Source: Pseudobdellovibrionaceae bacterium (GTDB taxonomy: Bacteria; Bdellovibrionota; Bdellovibrionia; Bdellovibrionales; UBA1609). Taken from it: a DNA stretch of 59,332 nt. Below the pieces are notes generated by a model. It worked only from the letters and a program-made list of their open reading frames with translations. It made no database searches and was not told the origin of the DNA. Below are positions 38,564 through 48,403 of this stretch, piece after piece (within the stretch, counting starts at the first letter, position 1; each line of letters opens with the position of its first letter). The stretch is taken from positions 1 to 59,332 of the forward strand of contig JAYSTF010000131.1 of NCBI GenBank assembly GCA_043720065.1, given 5' to 3'. The translations under genes and the position numbers were made by a program.

Positions 38564-41272
38564 CTAATTCCGGCAACTTGGATTGCCCAAGTTCCAATCA
38601 TTCGCATCTTCGCTGAAGCCATCTTGGGCGCCGTTAGGAGAAGTGGTCATTTCATAGGTAGGAACAGGGCCAATGCCCGCGGATAAAATTTCTGGAAGCG
38701 TTAAGCCTGTGCGGTCACAAATTAAGTTAAGAAATGTGCCGCCACCGCCTGCGCCACCAGAATTAAATGATGCACTCGAACTACCGCCCTTAGCTAACAC
38801 GGTCGCAGAGCCAACCGCTTTACCTGCAACAATTGCCACTGTGCCGCCCGCGCCACCTCCGCCTTGCTGGACTCCGCTGTTGCCGCCAATTGCAGACACA
38901 TATATCGGTGCCCCCGATCCAAAAATAATCTCGCGACCTGCTATATAAATGATACCGCCACCGGCACCGCCAATTCCGCCGCCCCCACCGCCCATTGCTA
39001 GTGATAAGCCGCCGCCCATCATCCCGCCACCGAAAGCTGCTTCGCCCCGCGCGCCGTCGAAAGCCCCAGCCGAAGCTCCGATTCCTTTTCCACCAAACCT
39101 GTGGGGCCCGCTGCCGCCACCCGCGTAGAAAGAGCCTGCGCCCCCACCGCTGCTGGAAGGCATTCTTGCGCTTAAGCCCGCACCGTTGCTGGTTCCCCCG
39201 CCGTCGCTAGAGGTTCCGCCGCCGCCCAAATAGCCAGAGCCGTTAGCAGTGATACTAATGCCGCCAGCAATAGACAGCATCCCGCTCACTCTGAAAGCCA
39301 TGACGCCGCCGCCGCTGGGCCCTTCTGCGAACGAGGCTATAGTCACTGTCCCTAAAAAGGTTAAATCCTGAAAATGTGGCACAAGCACCGCCTGCACGTA
39401 GCAAGAAGTTGTGCCACTCATTGGATTTGCTAAATTACTCGGATTCAATTCGTCCATGAAAGTGCCTTTAGGGATTTTTAAAATTGAAGTATTATAATCA
39501 AGGATTCTCGTGTTGGCCTTCATGCCAACTTGAATGTTTTGGCCGATAAACTGACCGCAATCGGTGTTGTTACGCTGTCCCTGAACAATAAACATAACTT
39601 CTTTACCAATGTCGGCCGCCGCGAAAGGGTGAATTGAGGTGGCTAAAGGGACTTCGGTGAAGAACGGACTGATCCCAGAGTTCACACCACTGACTCTTGC
39701 ATGACGTATACCTAACTTGGTTTCTGCATCACCATTGGTGGAAACGGAACCACTACTTGATCCCCAACCAAATCCATCGTTATCGCCGCAGCTGCCAGAG
39801 CAAGAGCTACGGATATGGTTACCGACGTAAGATTTTCCCGTTGGTGATTGAGCATCACTTTTGTAAGGGCATACGAGAAACTGAAAATTATAATGATTAG
39901 CTGCGGTCAAGCCAATAGCACTGCCTTGAACCGTGTAAGTTTCGGCTAAAGACCCGCTAAGCACGCCATCCACTCTATAACCTCGCATCTTGAGATCGTT
40001 GCAATCTTGGTGTCCGCCGCCGTATGACCCACCGCCAGATGATTCCATGTAAAGGATTTCAACGCCGTCATAACCGCTTCCAGCACTGAGCGGCGCGGCG
40101 TTAGCTAGATACTTCCATTTTAAGGTCATCTGGTTGGGTCCAGAGGAGTAGCTCTGCTGGAGATATCCACCATATTTAGAAAATGGATCGACGAGTGCAA
40201 ACGGAGGGTTTATTCCCGAGGCATCATGATCACTTAAACGATGATGATAAAAGTTAAAACACCCCGGCGCGCCAGGCGGACAGAGCGTATGAGTCATCAA
40301 AGAATTATAGGATGAGCTCGTGCCGTTAACCGCTGGGCGAGCGTTAGAAGCAGTGCCCCCAGAGCCCATGTAGACAACTGGATTAATCAGTTTGCCGCCA
40401 ATGGTCACGGCACCGTAAAGACCTTCAAGACCTTCTGTGTACCCTGTGCCCGCGTAATGGACCAAACCTGCATAAATCCCAGCGGCAACACCTGCCGCTC
40501 CGAAAAATCCTATAAATTCCTCGGATGGAGGGCGCTGCCTAACTGCTGTGACGCCGTTTTTCTCTTCAATCTCAAACACAGTTGGAATCGATGCGCGAAA
40601 AACGTTTGGTCCGGCCAGTGCCGGGGACGAAATAGTCACATTGCTAAACACTGTGTATTCGGAAGTACCTGACTCAACGACTGCATAGGTGAGCGGAATG
40701 TTATCAAGAACGAAGATATTGAAATATCCAGCTATAATACTCGACTTTTCAATCAACATTCTCGGATTACCGTTTGGCGGATTAAAAAACACACCGAGCT
40801 TGCCAGTTGGACCGCCAGCATCATCACTGAAAAAGCGGCCAGAGACGCGGCCTTCCTTGTTGGCTGTACCGGCAGCTGTTGGAGCGATATTAACGATTGT
40901 TTCGCCGGTAGTGATGTTAGTCATCACATCACCGTAAGTAATTAAATAAGAAGCGCCTATGGATGTTTCATAGACGCCTAAAAACTGAATTAAAACGTTA
41001 TTTCCAGCGGGAACACCGGGGACATTAAGAACAAGTGGCGTACCCCAGCTAACGGGATTATTTTCGAATTCAAACTGCTTCGTTATTGTTGGGCGCCCGG
41101 GCCCTTGAATATTAATAACTGCGAAGTGCAACTTGTCGCCGACCGCGAGACTTGAAGAAGACGATTCGTTAAACGGTATTTTTAAGCTGATGGTTTGGGG
41201 GGCAATGGACCGGGTGCACCCGATCGATGAAATCAAGCCAAATAGCACCATAGCATTCGTAAACAGCCGCAT
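38564..41272 (-). CDS. Large lipoprotein with glycine-rich C-terminal domain (surface/adhesin-like)
   Basis: SIGC lipobox; GGGGAGG repeats. Confidence 0.75.
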   Translation of the reverse strand: MRLFTNAMVLFGLISSIGCTRSIAPQTISLKIPFNESSSSSLAVGDKLHFAVINIQGPGRPTITKQFEFENNPVSWGTPLVLNVPGVPAGNNVLIQFLGVYETSIGASYLITYGDVMTNITTGETIVNIAPTAAGTANKEGRVSGRFFSDDAGGPTGKLGVFFNPPNGNPRMLIEKSSIIAGYFNIFVLDNIPLTYAVVESGTSEYTVFSNVTISSPALAGPNVFRASIPTVFEIEEKNGVTAVRQRPPSEEFIGFFGAAGVAAGIYAGLVHYAGTGYTEGLEGLYGAVTIGGKLINPVVYMGSGGTASNARPAVNGTSSSYNSLMTHTLCPPGAPGCFNFYHHRLSDHDASGINPPFALVDPFSKYGGYLQQSYSSGPNQMTLKWKYLANAAPLSAGSGYDGVEILYMESSGGGSYGGGHQDCNDLKMRGYRVDGVLSGSLAETYTVQGSAIGLTAANHYNFQFLVCPYKSDAQSPTGKSYVGNHIRSSCSGSCGDNDGFGWGSSSGSVSTNGDAETKLGIRHARVSGVNSGISPFFTEVPLATSIHPFAAADIGKEVMFIVQGQRNNTDCGQFIGQNIQVGMKANTRILDYNTSILKIPKGTFMDELNPSNLANPMSGTTSCYVQAVLVPHFQDLTFLGTVTIASFAEGPSGGGVMAFRVSGMLSIAGGISITANGSGYLGGGGTSSDGGGTSNGAGLSARMPSSSGGGAGSFYAGGGSGPHRFGGKGIGASAGAFDGARGEAAFGGGMMGGGLSLAMGGGGGGIGGAGGGIIYIAGREIIFGSGAPIYVSAIGGNSGVQQGGGGAGGTVAIVAGKAVGSATVLAKGGSSSASFNSGGAGGGGTFLNLICDRTGLTLPEILSAGIGPVPTYEMTTSPNGAQDGFSEDANDWNLGNPSCRN

Positions 41273-41411
41273 AAACGCACCTCTTCATTTGGACCTACTG
41301 ATTTTTCGGCGGAAAACGCTCTCGCCCCAAGGGCGGAAGTGAACCATGTTGAGAAAATGAAGGAGGCTTAATGAAGTTGTTCGTAATTGAGTCGAAAGAG
41401 GGCGTATTAAA

Positions 41412-42020
41412 TTAAAACACCGTCTTAAAAAACCAATAAACAAGGACGGCCGAATTCAAAATAAGAATCAGCTTCCAACCGACTCCCATAATCATGCGTT
41501 TATCGAGTTCGCTGGCGAGTCTTGAATTTTCATTGTGAAGGTCGTCTAGCCGTTCTTTGATTCGAGTGTCAGAGATCGATGTGTCAATCTGTACGGTTTT
41601 AGGGGGTATTTGATTGATTTTTGCTTCAATGGATTTGCGCCAGCGATCGAGACTCGGGTCAGCTTCCCTCTTGTGGATTAGTTCACGCCATTGTGCCCAG
41701 GAGGGGTCTTTTTGTTCGAGCTGCAAATACCATTGTAGGGCCCTGATGACATGGGGAGGGGTTTTTGATTCATCCCTCACCCACCTAGACCATGCCGATG
41801 GGTCTACTAATAAAAGCTGCGCCATTTTCCGTTGTGAAAGCCCAAGGCATTTTCGAACCCCTTCCAACCCCCCTATTTGGCGCAAAATCACCCGGGCTTC
41901 AGACTCATATCTTAACCTCAGTGATGTTTTTGATTTGAGCTTGGAATGGGAAGGTTCAAAACTCAGGTCTGTGGGCGCTCGAAATTCGGGGTTCTTCGAT
42001 GTGTTAACGTCGATGTCCAT
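41412..42020 (-). CDS. XRE-like HTH protein with coiled coil and C-terminal TM anchor
   Basis: LGLSQRKMAQLLLVDPSAWSRW; hydrophobic C-terminus. Confidence 0.75.
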   Translation of the reverse strand: MDIDVNTSKNPEFRAPTDLSFEPSHSKLKSKTSLRLRYESEARVILRQIGGLEGVRKCLGLSQRKMAQLLLVDPSAWSRWVRDESKTPPHVIRALQWYLQLEQKDPSWAQWRELIHKREADPSLDRWRKSIEAKINQIPPKTVQIDTSISDTRIKERLDDLHNENSRLASELDKRMIMGVGWKLILILNSAVLVYWFFKTVF

Positions 42021-42081
42021 GACCCAATGATCAGGAATAAAATTTATCGCGTCAACGTCTGGGCGCTATGCGCAATACTAA

Positions 42082-42117
42082 GATGTGAAATACAACAAAA
42101 CTCGATGTGAAATACAA
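42082..42117. repeat. 14-bp direct repeat GATGTGAAATACAA x2, 22-bp period
   Basis: Copies at 42082-42095 and 42104-42117. Confidence 0.85.
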
Positions 42118-42367
42118 TAGCCAGAATTCGGTCTCCCCTTTTGGGTTTTGATTTGAGATGAGGTAGGCCGCGGTCGGCGGGTTTTTAAATCTGACTAAAG
42201 CTTTTGGTTATAAACTTTAGTATTAAGTGATTGATTTTACGTCGTAATTTGTGTCACGATTAAGGTAGGAACTGGGGTCTAGAGGCGGTGCTGCGCTGCA
42301 TTTTTTAAGGGCGCGGCGCATAACAACAATAGTTATTTATGAACTTGGGTGATTGGAGCGGCGCAAT

Positions 42368-42895
42368 ATGGCTTCGGTAAAAAGGTACTCTCTAAACCGC
42401 AACAAATATCTGCTCGATTCCGAGGTCGAACGTCTCGATCATATCTTGGATTCATTTAAAGAGAAGGACCCCAGAAACTGTCTTCTTATTTCCCTCGGAC
42501 TTCACACTGGGGCTCGGGCGCAAGAGCTTTTAAATCTCAAAGGTGAAGATTTAAACGACCAAGACGAGTCGGTCTTTATCAGGGGCCTTAAAGGCAGCAA
42601 TGATCGCGAGATTCCGCTAAGGCGAGAGCTCTACCGTAGGGTACGAAGTGGTTTGCCGTCCACCGGACGCCTTTTTCCTATCAGCTACCACCGTCTCTAC
42701 CAGATCTGGCATCAGTATAGGCCCGTCACTAAGAAGTTCCACTCTCTTCGTCACACGTTTGCGATACGGTTGTATCGTAAGACCAAGGACCTTCGCCTAG
42801 TACAAGTTGCTCTGGGGCATAGGAACATTACTAACACCATGATCTATGCTGAATACGTCTACTCTCAGCAGGAGCTGAGAAAACTGATTCTTTAA
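42368..42895 (+). CDS. Short tyrosine recombinase (catalytic domain only)
   Basis: TGAR, GLKG, HSLRH, LGH, TMIY: full R-K-H-R-H-Y set. Confidence 0.9.
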   Translation: MASVKRYSLNRNKYLLDSEVERLDHILDSFKEKDPRNCLLISLGLHTGARAQELLNLKGEDLNDQDESVFIRGLKGSNDREIPLRRELYRRVRSGLPSTGRLFPISYHRLYQIWHQYRPVTKKFHSLRHTFAIRLYRKTKDLRLVQVALGHRNITNTMIYAEYVYSQQELRKLIL

Positions 42896-42946
42896 GAAAT
42901 CCACTAGAGTTGTCTTTGAATTTCTCGATGCTACACTTAACCAACG

Positions 42947-43618
42947 ATGGTTCTTTTATTATTGTTACTTAAGTTTTCGGGAAGTGCGTTTGCACAGACG
43001 CCATCTGATGTTTACGACTTGCCAAAAGTCGTAGCCGTTCAAAATCGCGCCTACCAAGTGAACAGCGAACTTACGCTTCAAGGCGGCTACCTTCCTTCAG
43101 ATGCCTTCAACAAGGGTCTTGTTCTTGGTTCCAGCTACACGTATTTTTTTTCTGACTATTTAGGTTGGGAAGTGATTGATGCGAATTATGTGATCAACTC
43201 ACCCACCGGTTTAAAGAGTGATCTTTTGGATTGCTGCAACGTTGACGTGCAAAACGCGGGCTTTGATGGCGTTCTTGATTACATGCAGTGGTACGTCCTG
43301 ACGAACTTCGTCTACACCCCGCTGTATACGAAAGCGCTGCTTTTTAATAAGGACGTCATTCGGGGAGAAATTAGTTTTGTCGGCGGAGCTGGCGGTGCGA
43401 AGTTTGCCGATTCTGGATTGAGGCCATTAATTTCACTTGGTATATATTTAAGATTCTTCACTAAAGATGATCGCTCCTGGAAATTTGATTTTAGAAATAA
43501 TATCTATGTTGAGGAATCCTTAGGCGCGGTCAATTCTTTGTCTTTAATTGTTGGTTACGCTTGGCACTTTGGCGGCGCCTTGAAATCCAAGCCCGCGGAG
43601 AGCTTGGATGATCTTTAA
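42947..43618 (+). CDS. Outer-membrane beta-barrel, GltA/GltB-like
   Basis: Signal peptide, VVAVQNR motif, amphipathic strands; precedes GltC-like gene. Confidence 0.7.
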   Translation: MVLLLLLLKFSGSAFAQTPSDVYDLPKVVAVQNRAYQVNSELTLQGGYLPSDAFNKGLVLGSSYTYFFSDYLGWEVIDANYVINSPTGLKSDLLDCCNVDVQNAGFDGVLDYMQWYVLTNFVYTPLYTKALLFNKDVIRGEISFVGGAGGAKFADSGLRPLISLGIYLRFFTKDDRSWKFDFRNNIYVEESLGAVNSLSLIVGYAWHFGGALKSKPAESLDDL

Positions 43619-45143
43619 TCGGTGCGCAGCGCTTTTAATAAGTGCGTTTGCTTTTATGGCGTGGGCACAAGCGCCCAAGACTACTAGTGAAGGACTTAGC
43701 ACTGAACTAAAGCCAGGCTTTATAGCCTCCCCCGAAAAGCCATTCACGTACTTACCGGTGGATATAGGATTTTGGACCAAGATCACGAATCTGAAAAGAG
43801 AGAAAAATTGGCCAGCCACTATCGTTGAGGGCGCTAAGCGTTCGGATAAATTTGGCGATACGCCAGAGGGGCGGGAAGGTCAGCTCGCTTTGGCGCAAGG
43901 ACTAAGGGCTCGCGGTTTTTCGTACGCGTCTTTTTTGTCGCTGACCCAGTTGATCAAGTCACAGGCAGCGTCGAAAATTGGCGAGGCCGCATTGCACGAG
44001 CTTGCGGCCCTGACGCTTGAAAATCACTACGACCAACATGGTCTTGAGGTTCTTTTAAACTCAAATGAGTTTGGTCCCCTTCATCCTGAAATTCAAAGTT
44101 TCGTTTCCATGCATCGCTATCTTTATAACCTTCGGTTTGGCTTTACTAAATGGGCGAATTTAGACCGCAGCTTAATTTTGCCCAACTCAGTTTGGGATTG
44201 GGAACTGCGATACTGGCAAGCTGTCGGCGATGTCGCGAGAGATAAAACAGATAAAGCTGAAAAGCAATTCGCTGAAGTAAAAGACTCTCATCAGGCGTCA
44301 GAAAAGACAAAGCAATGGGCCAAACTTCAGCTAGCGAGAATTCTTTTTGAGCGCGCGCAGTTTAACAACGCCCACGATCTTTACACTTCTATTGGCGATT
44401 TAGGCGTGCGCGAAAAAGGCCGCCTGCTTTTGGAAGTCGCGTGGACAAAATATTATTTGAAAAACTACGACAAGGCGTTGGGCCTTCTCATGGCTCTTCG
44501 GGCGCCATACTTTCAGCCCTCATTAACACCGGAGCGCTACGTTTTAGAAAGCGTCATTTACCGCGACCTTTGTCACTATGAAGCAGTCGATTCAACGGTA
44601 AAAAAGTTTAATGAGGCATTTCATGATTCGCTCTCCGCAATAAAAAAGCGAAAGCCACTTGCCGGAGACCGAACAATTGTGAATCTGGCGCTTTTGGATC
44701 GCGATGTGCAGCCTAAGGCCAACTTGATTGATAGTTTGCGCCGCGAGCAAAGAGAGCTCAGTCGATATAGCTGGAAGAGCTTAAAGTTCTTTAAGGCCAC
44801 CATCCTAGCTTACAAGCAGCGCGATAAGAGCCTACAGCGCGAGCTTGACCTTGTTCTTGAGTCAAAGTCGCGTGGGGTGGCGGAGCAGCTGCTTGACGCT
44901 GAAGAACAAATTCAGTTCTTAGATTACACCTCAAAGCTAGACGCCTTAAGAATCGTACGTGCGGGAGAGGACCGCGATTATAAATCCCAACAGATCTCCT
45001 ATCTCACGTTTGAATCTATTTTCTGGCCCGTTGATAAAGAGTTTTGGTGGGATGAGTTTGACGACTACAAAACACTCATTTCAAGTCGATGCAGTATCAC
45101 TTCCACCCCGTCGGAGCGTAAGCAAGAGCGGGAATTCGAATGA
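43608..45143 (+). CDS. Periplasmic TPR protein, GltC-like
   Basis: LLEVAW, YRDLCHY, C-terminal WPVDKEFWWDEFDDY...SRC. Confidence 0.7.
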   Translation: MIFNRCAALLISAFAFMAWAQAPKTTSEGLSTELKPGFIASPEKPFTYLPVDIGFWTKITNLKREKNWPATIVEGAKRSDKFGDTPEGREGQLALAQGLRARGFSYASFLSLTQLIKSQAASKIGEAALHELAALTLENHYDQHGLEVLLNSNEFGPLHPEIQSFVSMHRYLYNLRFGFTKWANLDRSLILPNSVWDWELRYWQAVGDVARDKTDKAEKQFAEVKDSHQASEKTKQWAKLQLARILFERAQFNNAHDLYTSIGDLGVREKGRLLLEVAWTKYYLKNYDKALGLLMALRAPYFQPSLTPERYVLESVIYRDLCHYEAVDSTVKKFNEAFHDSLSAIKKRKPLAGDRTIVNLALLDRDVQPKANLIDSLRREQRELSRYSWKSLKFFKATILAYKQRDKSLQRELDLVLESKSRGVAEQLLDAEEQIQFLDYTSKLDALRIVRAGEDRDYKSQQISYLTFESIFWPVDKEFWWDEFDDYKTLISSRCSITSTPSERKQEREFE

Positions 45144-48100
45144 AGCTTATTGGTTTGCTCCTCTGCCTTTCCATTTTTCGATTTGCGCAAGCTAGTGAAG
45201 TTTTAAGTCTCGAACAAATGCGTCGGGATATTATGAAGCTAGATCGAAGTGTGCAAGAAACGAAAGAAAAGATTCGCAAGGTCAAGGACGCTGGATTTTT
45301 GCCCGACCTTTACTTTGCACTTGCGGAATTTCTCGTCGATCGAAGCCGGTATATGTACGCCGTTAAGATCAGAGAAAATTCCAAGTCGCCGATTGAGGAG
45401 CTAGACTTCACGGCTGAGAGACGACCAAAGCTTGAGGCAATTCAGGTGTATGACACCATCATTGAGAAGTTTCCTAAGATTACAGAGCGCGACAAGGCGA
45501 TCTTTTTTAAAGCTCATGAATTAAGAGAGCTCGGCCGCCAAGAGGAGATGATTCGATCTTATATTCAGCTGACAAACGAATATCCGAGTTCAGTCTATTG
45601 GACTGAAGCGCAAATTATTCTTGGCGATCACTTCTTTGAATTTAAGAAAGATATGGATTTGGCGCTCGAAGTTTATTCAAAAGTTCTGAGGCGACCTCCA
45701 AGTCCTTTTACGCCTCTGGCCAATTACAAAATCGGCTGGGTTCAGGTTAATAAGGGTCTATTTAAAGAAGCGCTGTTAAGTTACGAGCGTGTCCTAACGC
45801 AAAATCGGGATATAGATCTCTCTCAACTCCCCGAAACATATAAAAAGACAGACGTTAGGCGCGAAGCGCTTTTGGCCCTTGTCTGGCCTTATTCTGAGTT
45901 GCTTTCCAGTGAGATGAAGAAATTGCGCGGCGGTAGAGAAAAGGTCATGGAGTACTTTCAAGGCCTCTCGCCTGATAAGGTGAGTTACGAGAAAGTGCTT
46001 TCTCGATTAGGGCGAAGACTCGTATTAAAACAACGCTTCGTCGATTCTACGAAAGTGTATTTTGAGTATTTGCGGCTTGCGGGCGATTTAAAAGAGCGAG
46101 TCGATGCGATCGAACGGCTTTATGTCAGTATGAAGAATTCGCGCCTCAATTGGCCCGTACGAGGTCTTGTGGGCGAAGTGGCAAGGACCGTCACCCAAGT
46201 TGAAAGCACACTGGAGTTGAAGCCAGGCGAAGTGAAAAAAGCCCTTTTCGACATGGAGATCTTCGCGCGCGACGTAGCCACGCGCCAAAACCAAAGAGCC
46301 AAAAAGACCAGGTCTAAAGACGATTGGGACTGGACCATCCGTGACTACAACCTCTATTTAGCGACTTTCCCCGCGAGTAAACATAACCACGCTCTTCGTT
46401 TGAATCTGGCCGAAAGTTATTTTAGTGCGGGACGACCTGTCGAATCTGGGCGTGAGTATGAGTGGCTCGCACTGAGAACAAAAGACCCCGTAAAAGCAAA
46501 AAGTTTTTTCGACTCGACGATCCAAGCTTACATTACTGCGGTTCGACAACAAGGTTCGCTCTCGAAGCTGCAGTTGACCGAAGCTCGTTATGGACTACGT
46601 GAGGCGGGCCGCGCCTACATGTCCAAGTTTCCAAAAGATCCGATCAATGATGATATCTTGTTTAATATTGGCCAATCTTTTTATGACGAGCGGCGATTCC
46701 CTCAGGCAGTTACATCTCTCAAAGATTATATCGCAAAATTTCCTCAAGGTGCGAAGACCGCGATCGCGGCCAATCTTATTCTGGATGCTCATAATCAGAG
46801 GGAGGACTTTAAAGCTATCGTAAGTGATGGGCGGGCGATTTTGAACAATGCCAACATCATCGACGCTCCTCTTAAAAATCAAGTAAAGGACATTGTCCAA
46901 CAGGCGGAGATGAAGTCCGTTCAGCTCGCGGCGGGCGACTTCGCTTCGCCTGAGTACGCAACCAATCTGCTTAAACTCGCACGCAAATACAAGGGCTCTG
47001 CCATAGGCGATAGCGCGCTATATGAAGCCTTTACCGCGCTCAAAGCTAAGAAAGATCCCAAAGCCTACGACTCAGGTGAGCAACTTTTAATGCAACACAA
47101 GGGCTCGCAATATGCGCTAGAGGTTACGACTAGCCTTGGGCAAATGGCCCTTGCGACCGCCGACTTCCGTCGGGCCGCGCTTTATTTCGAAATTTTCTTT
47201 GAACGCTATGGGGCTAAGTCAGAGGGTAGAGAGCTTCTCAGCAACGCCGCTAAAATGCGTGAACTCATGGGTGATTTCAAAATCGCCGGAAGTGATTACA
47301 AAAAACTTGGCGACACACAAAGCGTCGCTCGTATGGATTTTCTGGCGCGCGATTGGCCGGCGCTCTTAAGATCTGCGCCGGGAGCGTCGGGTGTTTCATC
47401 TGACTATTACGAAGGGCTAGCACTTTTCCGACTCAGAGGTATCGGACCTGCGCGTGGGGCATTGGAAAGAGCAAGTCGAGCGGCAACTGCCGATCCTCTC
47501 GAGCAGGAGATGGCGGCCCATGCGCTTTACCTCATGGCCGGAGCTGCTTTGGAAAATTACAAAACTGTTCAAATGCGGCATGGTTCCGAAGTGAAAGCGG
47601 TAAATGATAAAGCAGCACTTTATAAATCGTTGGAAGAACAATTAAACAGGGTCATTCAGTTCGGCAATGGTCGCTGGACCATTGCGGCCCTTTATAGTTT
47701 AGGCCAAGCAAAGCTTGAGTTTGCGAATTTCATAAAGCGAGCACCGGTGCCAAAGAGTTTAACTTCTGTCCAAGCTACTCAGTATAAACAGATACTTAAT
47801 AAACAGGCCAGAGAGCATGCGAATGCGGCAGATGAATACTTTAAACAATGTCTTGTAAGTGCAGAAAATTTCGAGGTTTTGACAAGTTTTGTGGTGGGCT
47901 GTGATGCGCGCGGAAAACTTGTCGTCGATGAAGCCAAAGATGTCCAGACAAACTTGAAGGCCGCGGAAAGCGCTCCAGCTAAGGCTGCGGCGACTCGCCA
48001 AAAACTGTTTGATCAGCCACGCCGCATCTCATTGTTGATTGATTTGGCTCAAGTCCACGTAAGGGCGCAGGATTATTCAATGGCGGAACTCATACTGAAC

Positions 48101-48367
48101 CGAGCATTAGAGATTGAGCCTGATAACGCTTCTCTGATAGCAAATATTGGTTCTGTGAACCTCTATAAGCGCGATTATCCGGAGGCTAAAGTCTGGTTTA
48201 CCAAAGCTCTCGCAAAGAATCCAAAGCAATCTTTGGCGCGTTGGGGAGTGGCTGGTCTGTTTAAAAAATTTCGCTTTCGCACAAAATTTCCTGCGGCTTT
48301 AAGTGCTGCGAAGTCCTCAGGTCGGCCTGCAGGAATTCTTCACCCCCTCGTAAAAGTCCAGGACTAG
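45140..48367 (+). CDS. Large TPR protein, GltD/AgmU-like with extra C-terminal TPRs
   Basis: Signal peptide; YKIGWV; WTIAALYSLG..FA..APVPKSL..Y. Confidence 0.7.
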   Translation: MKLIGLLLCLSIFRFAQASEVLSLEQMRRDIMKLDRSVQETKEKIRKVKDAGFLPDLYFALAEFLVDRSRYMYAVKIRENSKSPIEELDFTAERRPKLEAIQVYDTIIEKFPKITERDKAIFFKAHELRELGRQEEMIRSYIQLTNEYPSSVYWTEAQIILGDHFFEFKKDMDLALEVYSKVLRRPPSPFTPLANYKIGWVQVNKGLFKEALLSYERVLTQNRDIDLSQLPETYKKTDVRREALLALVWPYSELLSSEMKKLRGGREKVMEYFQGLSPDKVSYEKVLSRLGRRLVLKQRFVDSTKVYFEYLRLAGDLKERVDAIERLYVSMKNSRLNWPVRGLVGEVARTVTQVESTLELKPGEVKKALFDMEIFARDVATRQNQRAKKTRSKDDWDWTIRDYNLYLATFPASKHNHALRLNLAESYFSAGRPVESGREYEWLALRTKDPVKAKSFFDSTIQAYITAVRQQGSLSKLQLTEARYGLREAGRAYMSKFPKDPINDDILFNIGQSFYDERRFPQAVTSLKDYIAKFPQGAKTAIAANLILDAHNQREDFKAIVSDGRAILNNANIIDAPLKNQVKDIVQQAEMKSVQLAAGDFASPEYATNLLKLARKYKGSAIGDSALYEAFTALKAKKDPKAYDSGEQLLMQHKGSQYALEVTTSLGQMALATADFRRAALYFEIFFERYGAKSEGRELLSNAAKMRELMGDFKIAGSDYKKLGDTQSVARMDFLARDWPALLRSAPGASGVSSDYYEGLALFRLRGIGPARGALERASRAATADPLEQEMAAHALYLMAGAALENYKTVQMRHGSEVKAVNDKAALYKSLEEQLNRVIQFGNGRWTIAALYSLGQAKLEFANFIKRAPVPKSLTSVQATQYKQILNKQAREHANAADEYFKQCLVSAENFEVLTSFVVGCDARGKLVVDEAKDVQTNLKAAESAPAKAAATRQKLFDQPRRISLLIDLAQVHVRAQDYSMAELILNRALEIEPDNASLIANIGSVNLYKRDYPEAKVWFTKALAKNPKQSLARWGVAGLFKKFRFRTKFPAALSAAKSSGRPAGILHPLVKVQD

Positions 48368-48403
48368 ACTGTTCCGTGGGTTACATATTTCCGAAGAGGA
48401 AGT

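Noticed and set aside
38700-39320. GC-rich CCGCCGCC repeats as a DNA repeat element
   Set aside because: Explained by glycine codons of the minus-strand lipoprotein
42082-42117. Direct repeats as a mini CRISPR array
   Set aside because: Only two 14-bp units with an 8-bp spacer; no cas genes
42315-42340. Canonical dif site
   Set aside because: Left arm resembles the XerC arm but the right side does not match TTATGTTAAAT at 6-bp spacing
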